Assembly (NCBI GenBank): GCA_965235115.1
Contig: OZ249436.1
Location: 49,912,001 to 49,976,000 of the forward strand
DNA: 64,000 bases
Direction of reading: 5' to 3'
DNA from: Laetmonice hystrix
Taxonomy: Eukaryota
Under the pieces are notes generated by a model that worked only from the letters and a program-made list of their open reading frames with translations, was not told the origin of the DNA and ran no database searches. Positions 10,429 through 25,200 of the stretch are shown here, one piece after another. A program made the position numbers and the translations under genes. Position 1 is the first letter of the stretch. Each line of letters begins with the position of its first letter.

Positions 10429-13400
10429 GAGCAGTTCGAACATCTCGGCCTGGCAGCTCTTCCACTCGCACATTTCTCAGTTCGAACTGTACAGTAGTGA
10501 CGACCCGGCCATAACCCAGGTGGTTTACGACCTTGCCCACCAACCCATCGTCGACTGCAGTGAGTACACTCAGCTTTTGGGCACACCATGGGCCGGAAGA
10601 AATGTCTTTTGATTGTCCTACTTATGGGCCCTTAAATCAAGTGAAACAAAGGTGAACACGCAATGCCCATCGACTTTGGTCCACTTTACCGTCCACTTAA
10701 CTCCAGTCACACATACTTGGCAATCCGATATGACCTTGTACGAAAGGGCTTCAGCGAAATTACCAGAGTTGTCAATGTTAAAGATAGGGTACATTGGTCT
10801 TAATGACTCTAAAAAGGTTTGGCATCCGATGGTTTGACTCATTTCACAACAACAGCACTTGGAGTAATATAAAAACCTGCCTATATCGAGGGGTAGAAAT
10901 TCACATTGTGATATTATCAGATGGTGACAATTGATGAGTTATCAAGAGAAGTGTCATTCGACCTTTCGGAGTCCCCACATGGTGTGCACGCGGTCGTTCC
11001 CTCATTTTGTTTCTTGGCTACAGTCAACAAAAAACCTTTTATGAAATATGTAAACATGTCGCGCTTCCACACAAGATAAGATATAAAACTAATAGCTTGC
11101 ACATTATAATCATATGACCTCCTGTATCATATATGATCCTGTGTTCTGTTGAAGTTATGAGAGGTGGGGGAACCCAACTGAAGCTGATTTTCTACTTCGC
11201 CAACGGTGCAAGGGTTCTTTTCAAACCCATGAGGTAAGGACGTCCTCCATTTTATGAAGCATAGATCTAAATGCTCTGTATAATTTTGTTCTAATGTAGC
11301 CTATTGTGGCCTATTATTTCATTTGTAAACAGGACCAGTATTTGCATGTAAAACATTATTATCGAGATAGAAAAGTGGGAAATATTGGCGTAGATTACCG
11401 GGTACCGTTTGGAAGATCTCACTCGACTTAGGGTTTGCAGCGAAGAGATTATTTTCATATCCGAAAGGTTTGGCTCACCTGTCGATTGCCTAAATTGTCA
11501 ATTGTGCTTGTCAAGAGACAAAATCTCCTGCCTAATAATTATGTTGATTGTTGTTCACCCATTGCGCAGGTTCCCTCGGAGTCGGGGCACACTGCCGGAT
11601 CACTTTTACTTCTCGGACTATGAGCGCCACATAGCGGAGATCGGGGCATTCGCCTTGGACAGGTAAGTCTTCTCTCTGAAATATATGTATCGAACGTTAA
11701 AGGAATTATAGCACCCTGGTTGAGGGTTCCGGGAAGCATATACATAATCTAGGCCTACATGTATTGAAAACAAACAGCGGCGAAATGCACTGTCACCTTC
11801 ACATTTCACATTTCTTATCGAGAACACTCAAAAACAACGCTGCCTTCCGCCATCGGGAATGTCTGACCTGCAGGCATAGCGTTGCAACGGGGGAGATGGT
11901 CACGTGGTTGCGGCTATAGTAGCCTGGTCCCCAGCTCTATATTGACTACGTATATTGAGCCTGGTTAAGGCTAATCGAAGCGAGCATTGTGATTGGCCCA
12001 TCGAAAACATGGACGCAAACGAGGTAGTTCCGTACCCTCCGTATTTCTCCAACAAGATACAGATATTTTCGTCAATCCCTTTAAAATACAAGTGTTAAAT
12101 GTCCTCGCTTTTCTGGATGTAAACATAGCGTCATCGGTCCCCACACATGCTACGGTCTGCATACGCATGGGCATGTTGGCCACTCCCGGCCATGCTCCAA
12201 GCAGAAGTCGGTCACTCTGTTAACGCTGACCATGCAACTGAACGGAAGCGGAAGGGCTTGGAGTTTAATCACTTCCGTTTCGCAGCTTTTGGTCAGCCAG
12301 CACCTGGCCTAACATAGCGGATGCGTATGGTAGGCACAGGGGACCAGGCTACGGTTATGGTCGCGCGTTCTGTGAAAAGGGTGTAAAGTCGTCCGACCAA
12401 AACTCTATCGCGTAGGTGGGCTGCAGGTCTAGAAAAAGACGCGCGTCATTCCAAATTTGCTGGTTTTTAAATATTAAAAAAAAAAATAGTCAGGATATCC
12501 AATCAGGCAAGTAGGCAGTGCTATGGAACATAATTACCAGACTTATATACAAGCAGTATTTTTTGCCAATTTGTACAATCTATATGAAATAGGTGACATA
12601 ATTCCTTTAATGTTTGACTAATTGAAAACAAAAGAAAACAGATGAAGGACCCCTCAGTCTTATGACGACAAGCATAGCCTATACGCTGAACCTTCACTTT
12701 GTTTACGTGTATGGGGGGAGAGGTATAATATGTCGCACCCTTGGTAATGCGGGGATAAAAGGGCATTTTGCCCTCTCATGTGTCGCTATCTCCTATAGAA
12801 GAGGTATACGGAATTAGTAAGGGTAATTAATACCGCTATACTAGTCAGTTAAGGCTATACTGTTGAACCGGCAGATAAATGCTTTAACAAATTGCTCATA
12901 CCGCTCTATAGATGGGCGATACGGGCTTTGGGAAGATTGCCAAGTGTTTGCACTTATAATTTGTAGAATATAATGATAGACTATAGACTAGACTCTATTC
13001 CGAGTAGGCCTACATGTAGTTTGGATATTGAAATATGGGATGTGTATACCTCCTGGTATACAGAAAACGACATTGATACGACACAATGGATCCTCTACTG
13101 CCATGCTATATTTAAAGGGGCATGCTATGAAACACGTTTTTGAGGATTTCCGGCGATTATCCAACATGACCGTGTACTAGGGATCCAAGTAAATAATCCT
13201 TCCACAGCATTTTGTCCTCCAACGTGTTTTCGCTGCTTATGCAGCACAAGTAGATTCTATACGACCAAACCTATAGATTTCTCCCGATAGCACATCTCCC
13301 GCCATAATTTGCTATAGACAACCTCCCATCAACCCCTGTAATTGTATACTGTGTCACATCCTGCGTGTGCACTCTCTGCATGTGCGTAGTCACGTGCTTC

Positions 13401-16400
13401 GCTTAGTTGTAAAAAATTCAGCAGTTGCACTCGATCGTCCGGCACCAGAATGCCACCCAAAAAATATTTTACGAAATCGGGAGAAAAGCGGGCAAGGGAG
13501 CTTCATAAACTTCGATTTCTCACACAAAATGAAACTGATAAGTCTGTCTTTGTTTACCAAGCAATAGTAATGAAGGATCTCTTTATGAAAACAGCAAAAG
13601 TTCTTTGAAATACCGATTCTTCACGTTTCCTCATAATATGCCCCTTTAATGGTGTTTACAACCATGACGAGACTGTCATCGAAACGTTAACAAAACATGG
13701 GCGGGTCCAGGAATTTCTTAGGCTAATCATCGGGCAAAAACATATTATTGGATGCGCCAGTGCAAAACGGGCATAGAATTAGTTGTCAGTGGATCATTAA
13801 TATAGTGTACTGTACTGTGTGTTGCGCATAAGAATGTCACTTGCATTCCTTTAAAGGTCGAAATGGGGTATTAGCAACTTCTAAAGGTGATTTTTTCCCC
13901 GTTCGAGGTTGTGTGCCATCTTTACGCCCCGCTTCACCTGAAGGAGTAGGACTATGGTCGGGTAAAAATTCACTGTAGGCTAAACGGGGGTAGTGGGAAA
14001 GTTTCCACACGAAGCTGGGGTGAACAGCTCAGTTATCATGGTTTCAAGTTGGATTACTTTGGGAGAGGCCGGTCAAAGCGAACCCCAGGAATGATCGAGA
14101 ACATGTTGTCGTCTGCTCAGTTGAGGATGATATTCTGAGTCAGTCAAGGTGAACAGCTTATACAATCGGCCTCGCCATACGCGAGGTCAGCTACACGTTT
14201 CCTGATCCGTGACCTGCCAATCCACTGAACGATGCTCATACAATGAAAGGGATATTGGCATGGAAAGAATGGCCGTGCGTCACTTGCCTCTCTGCTTTGT
14301 TAAACCATCCACACCGTCAACGTTGTCAGAGTCCGCCATTTACTGAACACGTTTAAGTAATTCATCCTTCCGCTCTTAAGAGGAATTAAACCCCTTCCAG
14401 CTGATGCTAACGGGGCTTAAAGCGACCCATTTCTCCTTTTGTTTGAAATAGCATTAGGGGACTTTTACATGCAAGCTCTTTTAAAACCACCCTCCATGGC
14501 ATCCAAAAAAACGGTCATCGATGTGCGTGTCTAATGTAGGCATATATATGCCGGGGGATTCTGCCAGAAGATCCCCCCAAACGACTTTCTACAAAATTGA
14601 AAATAAGTGGTTGTTTTCCCATCTTCTCTGGTTATTTGTTCATAACAAGGGATACTGTCGGACAGTTGTTGTTATCATCACTCTCACCATATCCACATCA
14701 TCATGATTATACAACAACAATGTGTTTATCATCCCCTAACAGGGTACTAGGATTCAATCGAGTGCCCCCGACCGCCGGTCGTCGTGTGAACATTACCCAT
14801 GACATTAGACGGCATGCCGAGCATGACCTGGCCAAGACGTTCTTCGTGTCCCCAGGTACACCTGCAGTTGGTTTGTCTGGCATGGCTAGTCCTAGCAGGG
14901 CGTAGTCGTAAATAAAACGCTCTAGTTGTTCAGGTATCTGTTCGATTTTACGAAAGGATTCTATAGCCGGAACGATAGGTCATGTAATGTAATACTGAAT
15001 GATGTCTGTAGTATATATGGGAATTGTTGAAAACTTTGCTTACTATCATGATGCGACTTATACGTATAGACTCTGGTCGTGCCATTTGTATCCAGTTTCC
15101 TTTTGTTTTGTAGCCGGAAACCTTTGTTTTCACGGTGTATGTGACTACTACTGTGACTCGGGTCATGCCATCTGCGGAACCCCCGAGATGTTGGAGGGGT
15201 CGTTCGCCCAGTACCTCCCCTCCTCCAAGAAGGTATGTCTGACCGACTGCTGCCGCCCTCTACAGGGTGAGTCAAAAAAACTAGACACTTTTTAAAAGGC
15301 CCATTGTTTTATTGTGTACCAATATGTACAATATAGTTTTGCTTGTAATTATGCAGCAACCCTTCCTGCATCTTTTGGTACCAGTCATGCTTGATTGGTT
15401 TTCATGCGTGACCGCACATGAGACAATTAAGGGACAAGGGTGAAATCTGACCTGCGCCAACTGATCAGAGCTGGATATGAAATGGATAGCCAAGTAATTT
15501 TCATGCCCCTGGTTTAATCAGTTAATTCAAATCACACACACTTGCTCATAGGCCTCATTAGGCCTTCTTGGCACTGCAGCAGTATGGTGCGTCCACAATT
15601 CACTCCTCAGCAAAGAGCCTTGGTTGATTTTTGTTCATACCCAGCTCTGGTCAGTTGGCGCAGGTCAGATTTCACCCTTGTCCCTTAATTGTCTCCAGTG
15701 CGGTCATGCATGAAAACCAATCAAGCATGACTGGTACCAAAAGATGCAGAAGGAATTGTTCCATAAGTACAAGCAAAAATATATTGTATATATTGGTACA
15801 CAATAAAACAATGGGCCTTTTAAAAAGTGTCTAGTTTTTTTTGACTCACTCTATAGTGTGGACCCTTCGTGTGACAGGTTACTGGTCGCCCTGTACCGGT
15901 CATGTCGTCAGTGTGGGCCCTCACTGGTCGCCTTGTACCGGTCATGTCGTCAGTGTGGACCCTCACTGGTCGCCTTGTACCGGTCATGTCGTCAGTGTGG
16001 GCCCTCACTGGTCGCCCTGTACCGGTCATGTCGTCAGTGTGGGCCCTCACTGGTCGCCTTGTACCGGTCATGTCGTCAGTGTGGGCCCTCACTGGTCGCC
16101 CTGTACCGGTCATGTCGTCAGTGTGGGCCCTCACTGGTCGCCCTGTACCGGTCATGTCGTCAGTGTGGGCCCTCACTGGTCGCCTTGTACCGGTCATGTC
16201 GTCAGTGTGGGCCCTCACTGGTCGCCTTGTACCGGTCATGTCGTCAGTGTGGGCCCTCACTGGTCGCCCTGTACCGGTCATGTCGTCAGTGTGGGCCCTC
16301 ACTGGTCGCCTTGTACCGGTCATGTCGTCAGTGTGGGCCCTCACTGGTCGCCCTGTACCGGTCATGTCGTCAGTGTGGGCCCTCACTGGTCGCCCTGTAC

Positions 16401-19400
16401 CGGTCATGTCGTCAGTGTGGGCCCTCACTGGTCGCCTTGTACCGGTCATGTCGTCAGTGTGGGCCCTCACTGGTCGCCTTGTACCGGTCATGTCGTCAGT
16501 GTGGGCCCTCACTGGTCGCCCTGTACCGGTCATGTCGTCAGTGTGGGCCCTCACTGGTCGCCTTGTACCGGTCATGTCGTCAGTGTGGGCCCTCACTGGT
16601 CGCCCTGTACCGGTCATGTCGTCAGTGTGGGCCCTCACTGGTCGCCCTGTACCGGTCATGTCGTCAGTGTGGGCCCTCACTGGTCGCCTTGTACCGGTCA
16701 TGTCGTCAGTGTGGGCCCTCACTGGTCGCCTTGTACCGGTCATGTCGTCAGTGTGGGCCCTCACTGGTCGCCCTGTACCGGTCATGTCGTCAGTGTGGGC
16801 CCTCACTGGTCGCCTTGTACCGGTCATGTCGTCAGTGTGGGCCCGGGTGGATCCATAGAGAACAAGTGCCCTAACAGACTGCGAATTTGGCATTTGTATA
16901 AAATAGATTACATAAATGCCTTATTGACATTTTGAAAAAAAGTTTGATGAAGATCAGGGCCCTGCGCAAGATTTCTTTGAGGGGGGGTTTACACTTGGGT
17001 CGGGGGAAGTTACATTTGGGGGGGGGGGAGCTCCGGGACCGGAAAACTTTGACATTTAAGGTGTAATTTGGTGGCATTTGGTGCATCTTAGAGCACAACA
17101 TAACGTCTGAATTGACATGTCAAAAGTGATAAACTTGATATTTTTTTATTTTTTATTTTTTTTTTTTGGGGGGGGGGACACCAGACGGGCTCCATCAGGC
17201 TCAGGTCGAGTTGGGCATCTGCAGTGGTGGACATTGTGGAATTAAGAAAATCATGAATGGGTTGGCCTATTTAACAGAAAGGACTAGAGTTACCTGAGGC
17301 CATTGATTGTGGTTTGGTCCATTAAATCATTAAATGACCACAAAGTCATGATGACCACATGTCATTAGCTTTCCACCCAGAATGGCCGTTAGGGCAGATA
17401 CTGTACCATTGCCCATGTAGTTCGCTTTCAGTTATTCCCATGGTCGCCCCATCCATACATCACTCATCGTATCATTTATATTCTGTTTCGCTCCCGTTTC
17501 TTTGCCTCGCCACCGTGTTGATGAGGTTGATTACAAAGTATAAAACTACGGTCATTGGTATGCGATCCCCCTATCATGGTCGGCTGCCTTTACTATGAGA
17601 CGCCGTTTTGTAAGCATGGACAAGCCGGGTTAGCGACCTGGGCAGAGCTGCCTCGTGCGACATGGGGTTCATCAGCCACCTGTATCATTTGAACAGTTCT
17701 AATCCCGAGTAATAGTGACAGATGCCTGTCATAACGCCAAACAGGTCTCTTGATGACGTCAATATACGTATCAAATGTACAATAGGGATGTTATAACATT
17801 CGCCCTTGACTTGAGATGACCTGATGGGCGTACTGACGCTACCTGCACTCGCAGGTCTGCACGCTCACTCACTCACTCGCTTACTCACTGCTCGCTATTT
17901 GTGTGCATTTCCGAAAATTGAGACTTTATGTATTCAGTTATTCCACAGGCGCTTGAAGCGTTCGGTAATGCCAGCCGTTCTATAGACGCACCACTGGCAT
18001 TGACTAACGCTTCAAGCTCCTCTGGTTATTCCTATAGCTTTCCAATCCAGTACTTACATACTAGCAATTATACCGGTTAACCCCGATTACTCTGCATCAT
18101 ATACCCTATCTTAGAATCTTGAGATAGTCGTTTCCTAAACAGTAAGAGGGTGGGAAGTGGCCAAGCCACCCACCCAGAGCGCTCATAGCTTGAACCCACT
18201 TGTCTGTGGGATGTACACGGTACCTCACCAGCACGATTTCGGTGGTAACCACCAGTTGACCACACCGCACGGTCTCAGGCTGGTTACTGAATAACTCTTC
18301 AGGTCCATTACATTTACTATAGCAATTATTACCGAAAACAATAGGTGAGAAGGCAGGCACCGAACGATTTTAAAGGTGCTATTCGTGAACAAAAATTCAA
18401 TTTTTTTATTTTAATTTTGTTGACGTTTATGTGATCCCACCTATCATGGAAATAGATTCACAACAAAGGAAATCAAAATTTTTCATGGATAACGGCACAA
18501 ATGGGGCTCTCTCAGAAGGCCTGTGGAGACCCTGACACGCCCCACCATAGGAAATGGCTCTATCTCGGTGCGCACCGAGATAGATTTCAAATGCTGCACA
18601 CAAACTAATAGAAGGTTTATCAGGCCAGTGGTATCGGTAGGAGTTTTTTTCTAGTACTATGTGCACAATGTATGATAGGAGAAATGGCATTCTGTGCGAG
18701 ACGAATAGCACCTTTAAGGGGCCGCCGGTTTTCACTTTTAAAACACGAACAAAGTCTTAAACGAACTTGACTTCACTCCACATAAGGTAAATAACAAGTT
18801 GTTTCCCCCTCAAATGTTTTTTCCCCTCAAGTGTGTTTTTGTTGTGTGTGTTATCCTAATGTAGCCACATTAAGATGTTACATACCGTTTAGGCCGAAGA
18901 GCTGTAGTCGCTTCCATTTTTAACCTGAGGTAGATGTGAACATGATGAACGCCATTATAAAATTAGTCTTGCCCTTTCAGAGAGGTTCCGTAACGGAGGA
19001 CTCAGGCAGTGCTGAACATCCAATGGTGGGTGTCCCTGTTTGAAAACAGCCTTGACCTGGTCGTGTTTGACCTCATGTATAGTATTTCAGTGACGTGTCC
19101 AATGATAACCTGATCACGTCCATATACAATCTATATCTTATACCGCCGCGTGTTGTTAACCCAAATGTGATGGGCGTGCTTTGGTGAAAGGGGCGGGTTT
19201 CTTATACTGAACAAAGGGCATGTGGTGTAACTACCTCCCCCCCAACTCTCCACAAACTGAGACAGTCGCTTCCCGGCCTGGATAGCCGACAATCTTGCCC
19301 TGGCTGTATGAGGTGATTTGAACTTGACATCCGTATTTACGTGATATCATATCTGCAATATTAGTTCAACAGTTGTGGATTGTTTTGGATGTAAATATTT

Positions 19401-22232
19401 ACCCCGGACATCACAAGACAAGATTATACACAAGACAATCGCTCGTCCATTGTCATTCAGATTGCCACGATGAGCTGGCGTCGGACTTGCTGGTCTATTG
19501 TCCTTGCCACAATGAACTGGCGTATCGAGTCTCTTACATCCATGAAACCTATACCCCAACGCGTATCTTAGTACATTATTGCTATGTAAATAAAAGTTTT
19601 CTGTACAGGCAACTGGTGTCAGAACGTTTCCCCCAAGTGTATAGCTTTTTGTGGTTGGGGGTTAGGTGGGGGCTACAGGAGGTTGGAATGTACGCACGCA
19701 ACTTTTACATCCCAATGGGCGTGACTATATGATGGTCAAGAACAAGTTCTGAATTTAGTTGACATGTTTACACATAATAGCGGCCAGCATACATGATGCA
19801 TGTGCCTTCGTACAGCGTTCAGACGGTGACCACTACCCAAACACTAACATCTAACACTAACACCATACCAATCGTAGCTTTGTTTAATCAGATGCGGTAT
19901 TACTATTGCCTTGTTTATTTGCTGGAAATGTTTGTTCTCGTAGGGTAAAATTAGGTAGTCTTAAAAAGAGTAGTGGTGATGTAACCGCACGTTGGCAACT
20001 AAGGTAATCTTCATGAAGAAATGGTTGACGGTGGGTAGTTCGGAAAAGTGGTTCAAAGTTTGTATATTACAGTCCGGAGTTCTGTTTGAAATGACAAGTT
20101 AGTTCTAGAGTGCATGGAAATATTATCTTTCCCGTCAATTTAGTATTACTTATCAGTTTGAAATGGTTTTCTTCGTTCTTGAAAAAAATCTTTAAACCCT
20201 CGCATTTCATTAGGAAATATACTATTCAAAATACACTTTCTTTTTCCTATCTTGTTGGCCGCCGGCTAATCGCCCACCTGACTGAAAGGATGGACCCATC
20301 AAAATGATTGTTCGTTCATGTCCCTGAGATTTAAAAGCGAAAATTCACCCTGCAATATTTGTTTGCTTTTAATCCTTTAAATGGATACAGTAATGTGTGC
20401 AGTAATAAAAGTTTTCTATGGCCGTTTCAACTTTGGTTATTGCAGGTCCATGAAAACATGCCAATCGGCTTCAGTTTAATAATAAAGGTGTTTTATTTCT
20501 TTGCCTTTCATGAATATGGGCAGGAAAAAGCTGCATTTGTTTTTTTCGCATGTATCAATTTAAACGCAAAATGACAATGATGATATGATAGAATCGTTTC
20601 AAAATGGCACGGACGTCATAAGAACGATCGCTATCAATAATAGTGCGTCCGTATGACCCGTTTACTGGAGGTGTCATCTGATTGGTCCGTACGTATGTCA
20701 CGTGCAGGTGGAGCGGAAAACCTGGCGGCATCCATGGCGGAGGTCGTACCACAAGAGGAAGAAGGCCGTGTGGGAACTGGACAACACTCATTGTAGCCGT
20801 ATCCGAAAACAACCTCCCTACGACTCAGGACGGCGTCTCCTCGATCTCACCGACATGGCCGTCTTCGACTTCTTACAAGGTGCCCGTTTCCTCAATAGTT
20901 GGCTCCTCCAGGGACAATTTGAACCATTCCTCCAGGGCGGCCAGGACCTGCCCCTAGCTGTGGACCAGATTTGGCCGAGATAGGCCGAGGCCTTGCCTTT
21001 TGTTTTTCCCCTCAAAACCTACCAGGCAGATCACCAAGAAACATAATTTTTTCTCCCCTCCGCCTATTTACTGAGGTTATTAAATTTTCCACTCAGACTA
21101 TTTACGAAGGTAACGTATTTTATCTGCCCCTACACCTATTGGTTGGGGTAACATAGTGTTTCTTACCTTCCCTACACATGTATTTGGTGAGGTAACATAT
21201 TTATTTATTTTATCTTCCTCTCTATGTTGAGATAGCATAACGTATTGGTATTGTCATGATGTATCTTCCCGTCCACCTATTTCGTGATGGCCATCCGTAG
21301 GTACTGGCCCTTGGATACCTGCATGTGTTCATATAATAGTGATCGCATGGCACTCGTATCTCTCGGTATGGGTCACATTTTATTATCCTGGCCTCCCACC
21401 CAGCCTTTTTCCGACCGCTCACGTTGTGACCTGGTGCTCGTGGCACGTACTGCATTAACCCGTTTTTATTTTTATAACCGCACACTGTTGTATACGACAA
21501 GCTGCGCGAGCTGAAGTACCACTGCTGAAAATAGAAAACTAATTCTCTCCTCTCTCTGCCAGGTAACTTAGACCGGCATCATTACGAGACAATGAAAGGG
21601 TTTGGAAATTACTCCGTGCCTCTCCATCTCGATAACGGTCGAGCGTGAGTATTAGTTTGGTATTACCACTCAAACCTTCCGTCATGTAGTTTTAATAAAC
21701 TGTGAACCTTCACCTTAGTATTCGTGTTTTCCTCTCATATTTCAGGATGAAATGAGTCTTTAGCCAAAGTATGAATACAGTTTAAAGTACAATGCAAGTA
21801 TTGAATATTTTCAGTACAATACAAGATGCTTTATTCACTAATATTAAGCCGTATCGGACGCCTGTATAGATAGGTTTCCAGTATCCAGGAGAATGGTTCA
21901 GAATCGGCCAATCATTTTGACTCCCCCAGTTTCCATGGTGTTACAGATTCGGCAAGCCGTTCTATGATGACATGACGTGCTTGGCGCCCGTGTACCAGTG
22001 CTGTATGATTCGATACTCGACCCTTCAAAAACTGCTGAAGTTTGATCAAGGATCGGAGAGACTAAGTGACGCCGTTCGACGAATGTTGTCTACGGACCTG
22101 ATCTCTCCCGTACTAACCGAACCAAATCTCTTGGCCCTGGACCGCAGGGTTAAAATCATTCTGAAGACAGTATTTAAATGCATTCAGAAAAACGGCTCTG
22201 CCTCGCAGGTTGTGATCGATGACGGATTTTAA
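10429..22232 (+). CDS. FAM20C: FAM20C-family secretory pathway (Golgi casein) kinase, 5'-partial
   Basis: Phase-compatible GT-AG exons: 10429-10559 ([14 protein letters not shown]), 11155-11233 ([13 protein letters not shown]), 11570-11662 ([18 protein letters not shown]), 14743-14855 ([12 protein letters not shown]), 15114-15232 ([16 protein letters not shown]), 20708-20879 ([23 protein letters not shown]), 21563-21644 ([17 protein letters not shown]), 21947-22232 ([19 protein letters not shown]). Catalytic motifs are intact. The subfamily call (FAM20C versus FAM20A/B) rests on motif recall. Confidence 0.92.
11920..12351. mobile_element. Non-autonomous element with TAG...CTA termini (Academ-like)
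   Basis: Perfect 13-bp TIR TAGCCTGGTCCCC / GGGGACCAGGCTA. Flanks CGGCTATAG and CGGTTATGG match 7 of 9, a probable 9-bp TSD. Confidence 0.7.
13116..13645. mobile_element. Kolobok-type non-autonomous element (TTAA TSD)
   Basis: TTAA|AGGGGCATGCTATGA...TCATAATATGCCCCT|TTAA. Confidence 0.8.
13696..13762. mobile_element. 67-bp mini-MITE with 5-bp TSD
   Basis: CAAAA|CATGGGCGGGTCCA...TGGATGCGCCAGTG|CAAAA, imperfect TIR. Confidence 0.6.
15263..15853. mobile_element. Foldback MITE with TA TSD (Tc1/mariner-type), longer copy
   Basis: TA|CAGGGTGAGTCAAAA...TTTTGACTCACTCTA|TA. Arms of ~210 bp flank a unique spacer. Inserted 30 bp downstream of a FAM20C donor. Confidence 0.9.
15856..16845. repeat. 42-bp minisatellite, ~23 copies, intronic
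   Basis: Unit GTGTGGGCCCTCACTGGTCGCCYTGTACCGGTCATGTCGTCA. Appears as 14-aa repeats in the ORF track. Confidence 0.97.
18374..18713. mobile_element. Kolobok-type non-autonomous element (TTAA TSD)
   Basis: TTAA|AGGTGCTATTCGT...ACGAATAGCACCT|TTAA, perfect 13-bp TIR. Confidence 0.85.
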
Positions 22233-25200
22233 GGTCATGTATAATATTATAGGTTATAAAGGCTTATAGTAATGGCACAGGCCTAAATCGTAGGCCTCGT
22301 GATGGGTTATACGTAGGACATAATTATGGTGGTGATTTTTGCTGTGACGGAATGCCATTTATACAACAATTGGTATGAAATAAACCAAAGTGACTAGAAG
22401 AGGGCACATGACAACTATTTTGGCATTCAGTGGACAGCAAGCACCTTTGAATGTCTCCTTATTGTACGCGAACTGTGATATCGTATAAAGGGCCTATTGA
22501 GAAGCCCATGTCATAAGAGAAGTCAATTTAGATATGAAATCCTTAATTCTCGCTCGGCCCCATAGACTGGTTGGGTTGTCTCAGCAAAGCAAAGGGAACC
22601 TTTCACATTTACTATACCTGGATTTTTAAAACTAAATATTAAATTACCCTAAATGTTGTTCAAGTTTAAAAAGCTGGACGTTTGCCCTTGCCCTTATTCT
22701 GCCCCCGTTAAAATAGAACGTTATTACCGACCTTCCTGCACATGGCTCGGATAGCAGCGAGACAGGGGTGTTTTCTATGGGATAGGTAACTTTAATCTGC
22801 TGTGATCAAAGATTGTTGTCTACATTATTAACTGGAGACCCAGTGACCACGAGAATCCATGGCAACAGTAAGAATCTATAGCGCCAGTATAAGTATCCAT
22901 GGTGCCAGTATAGGCTTACTTAAGTTAGCGACTCAGTGGACATTGACTACATTACCATGGCACCATGCTCACAAAAAGGTGTCTATTTTCTGAAGTGGAC
23001 TGCATGATTACATATGATATAATAACGATGATATTCATGTTATATTTTTGTAATTGTACAGAGAATAATTATGATATTGTTCTGGGACTCGTTCAAGTGA
23101 AATGTGTCGCATGCCGACTTTACTGGATAAAATATTGTGTGAATGCCTGGATATTGCAGGGAAAATAGGGGAATGGTATCATTCTCTATCATTTATTTGC
23201 CAATTGTTACAAGTTTTGTGCAATAGTGTAAGCGAGTTCTAAACAGTAAGAACTTGTTTCCATACAGAAACCACGTTTGAGTTAACATTTTGGAAATGAT
23301 TTGCTGGTATTCTACTTACAAGACTTGCTCATCTTGATATCTACCTATGATAAGTATGAGACTGGAAATGAGATCTGTGAGTCTGGAAGACTAGTATCTC
23401 CTTGAAATACGCATATTATTATTATTATTACAATGTATTTGTTATATTGTGTTGTTTCTGACGAAGTTACAACAGTTATGATATTAGTTCATACTGTACT
23501 TTTGTTGTTTATTTTAATGTAGATTCAATGATGGATGAACCTTTGATTTAGTTTTCTCATGAAAATGAGGTTGTAAGAAGTGCTAAAAGTGCACTAAAAC
23601 AACAAGGGACGCGCGAGGCTGTGGCAAGAGTTGACAACCAGCTCAATTATTGTAGAACACGTACAGGTTCAGGCCACCAGGGTGTGTGGATTGTACCCCT
23701 ACCCGGGGGATTGTATGTGATCACAGACTCATACTGGTATGGACTTGATATACCATATCCAATTATCATCGATTTCACTCGGTTTTTTATGGTTTATTCA
23801 TAATGGAGCATGTCACCGCGGACAGGGTATCACAGTCTACACTGCAGTGTAAGCGTCGTGCTCCGCTAAAATGCGGTTAGCGGAAACACGTTCCTGTGAT
23901 TTCACAATTTTGACACATTACCTTTAAAGGAGACAGGAGTGTATTGAAGGATCCGCCACATTGATGTAAACATCGTTTACTGACCCGCTCCACCGTGTTC
24001 AAAGTGCCAAGAGTGAGTACCACATTTCAGTGACCGAACGTACGTGTGTGTATCGTGTGTGAATGTAACGATATGGTGAATTGTACGAATTCTTTGAGGG
24101 GGAGGTGAGTAATGACGTCGTGAGTGATTCTTCCTCACACTCACTACTAGTATGACAGCCACGTTTGTCGGACCGCATTGGCTGAAATCGTCTAGGTACC
24201 GGTACTGTTGACATTGTATATAGACCATTTGTAGAGATATGCGCACATAGTTCAGTTAGTTCACGAAACTTGATTAGTTCACACTGGCTCAAAGCACAAC
24301 ATAATATTACAAAACATAGCTTGATTATTACGACCGTTGTTCGGTTTCAACACGTTTGGTATAGATTCTATATTTTCAGAAAAGGACATGAGTTTGTTCA
24401 TTTGTGTTCACGATAATACCTAAATAGTTGAATCTCAGTACATGTATACGGATCACTTTCCAGACAGACAGGTCCACCGTCAGCTTTTATTTTGTGTACA
24501 GATAGAAAAACCTGAGCTAAAAGAACAATACTCTTTAATTATAATTATTCTTTAAACTCCTTATTTTATTTCTGTCATTGTATAGCTCTATTATATGTTG
24601 TGATGCCGAACGTCTTTCGCCGCTTACCATTGTAAGAGTTCAACTGATAATTTGTCCCAGAATTTTTACTATTTCATGAACATGTATTTCCCAGAGTCGA
24701 ACTGTTTATATTGTACATGTATGTATGAGTAGTAATGTTTAATTACCTTATATTGTTTTCGCAATTAATTAACAAAGTAGGTTTGGTTAAAAGAATTGGG
24801 ATCTAGACAACCTTTTGAATAGAACATAACGAGTACGAGCTGCCTACTGTAGAGGGTATAGTTGGGTTTGTCTAATCTGCAGGAGTTCTTCAACACTACG
24901 AACTCTATGACTGCTATCGTACGTTCCTTACCCAAGTTAATAACTTCCAACACTCACTTGTTTCTGAGAACACTAATTGTTTCAGTAATTTCCCGCCTCC
25001 ATACCTCTATCAACTAGACGACATTACCTATGATATTGCCCTTCTCTCGGAATGTTTTGTTTAGGTTTTCTCTCAATCCGACCAAGTTGCGGTGTCCGTG
25101 GATTGTAGACAAATTTAGTTAGTTACGAGGTGGTGAATCGACCAGTGTTTGGGCTCAGAAAGGTCAGTCATATAATTGTTGGTCGTACATACAGCCTGGG

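Noticed and set aside
15856..16845. CRISPR-like array
   Set aside because: Units are contiguous with no unique spacers, there are no cas genes, and the context is eukaryotic.
15820..16935. Four 318-364-aa ORFs with 14-aa repeats
   Set aside because: They are a by-product of a 42-bp stop-poor minisatellite open in several frames on both strands inside a FAM20C intron.
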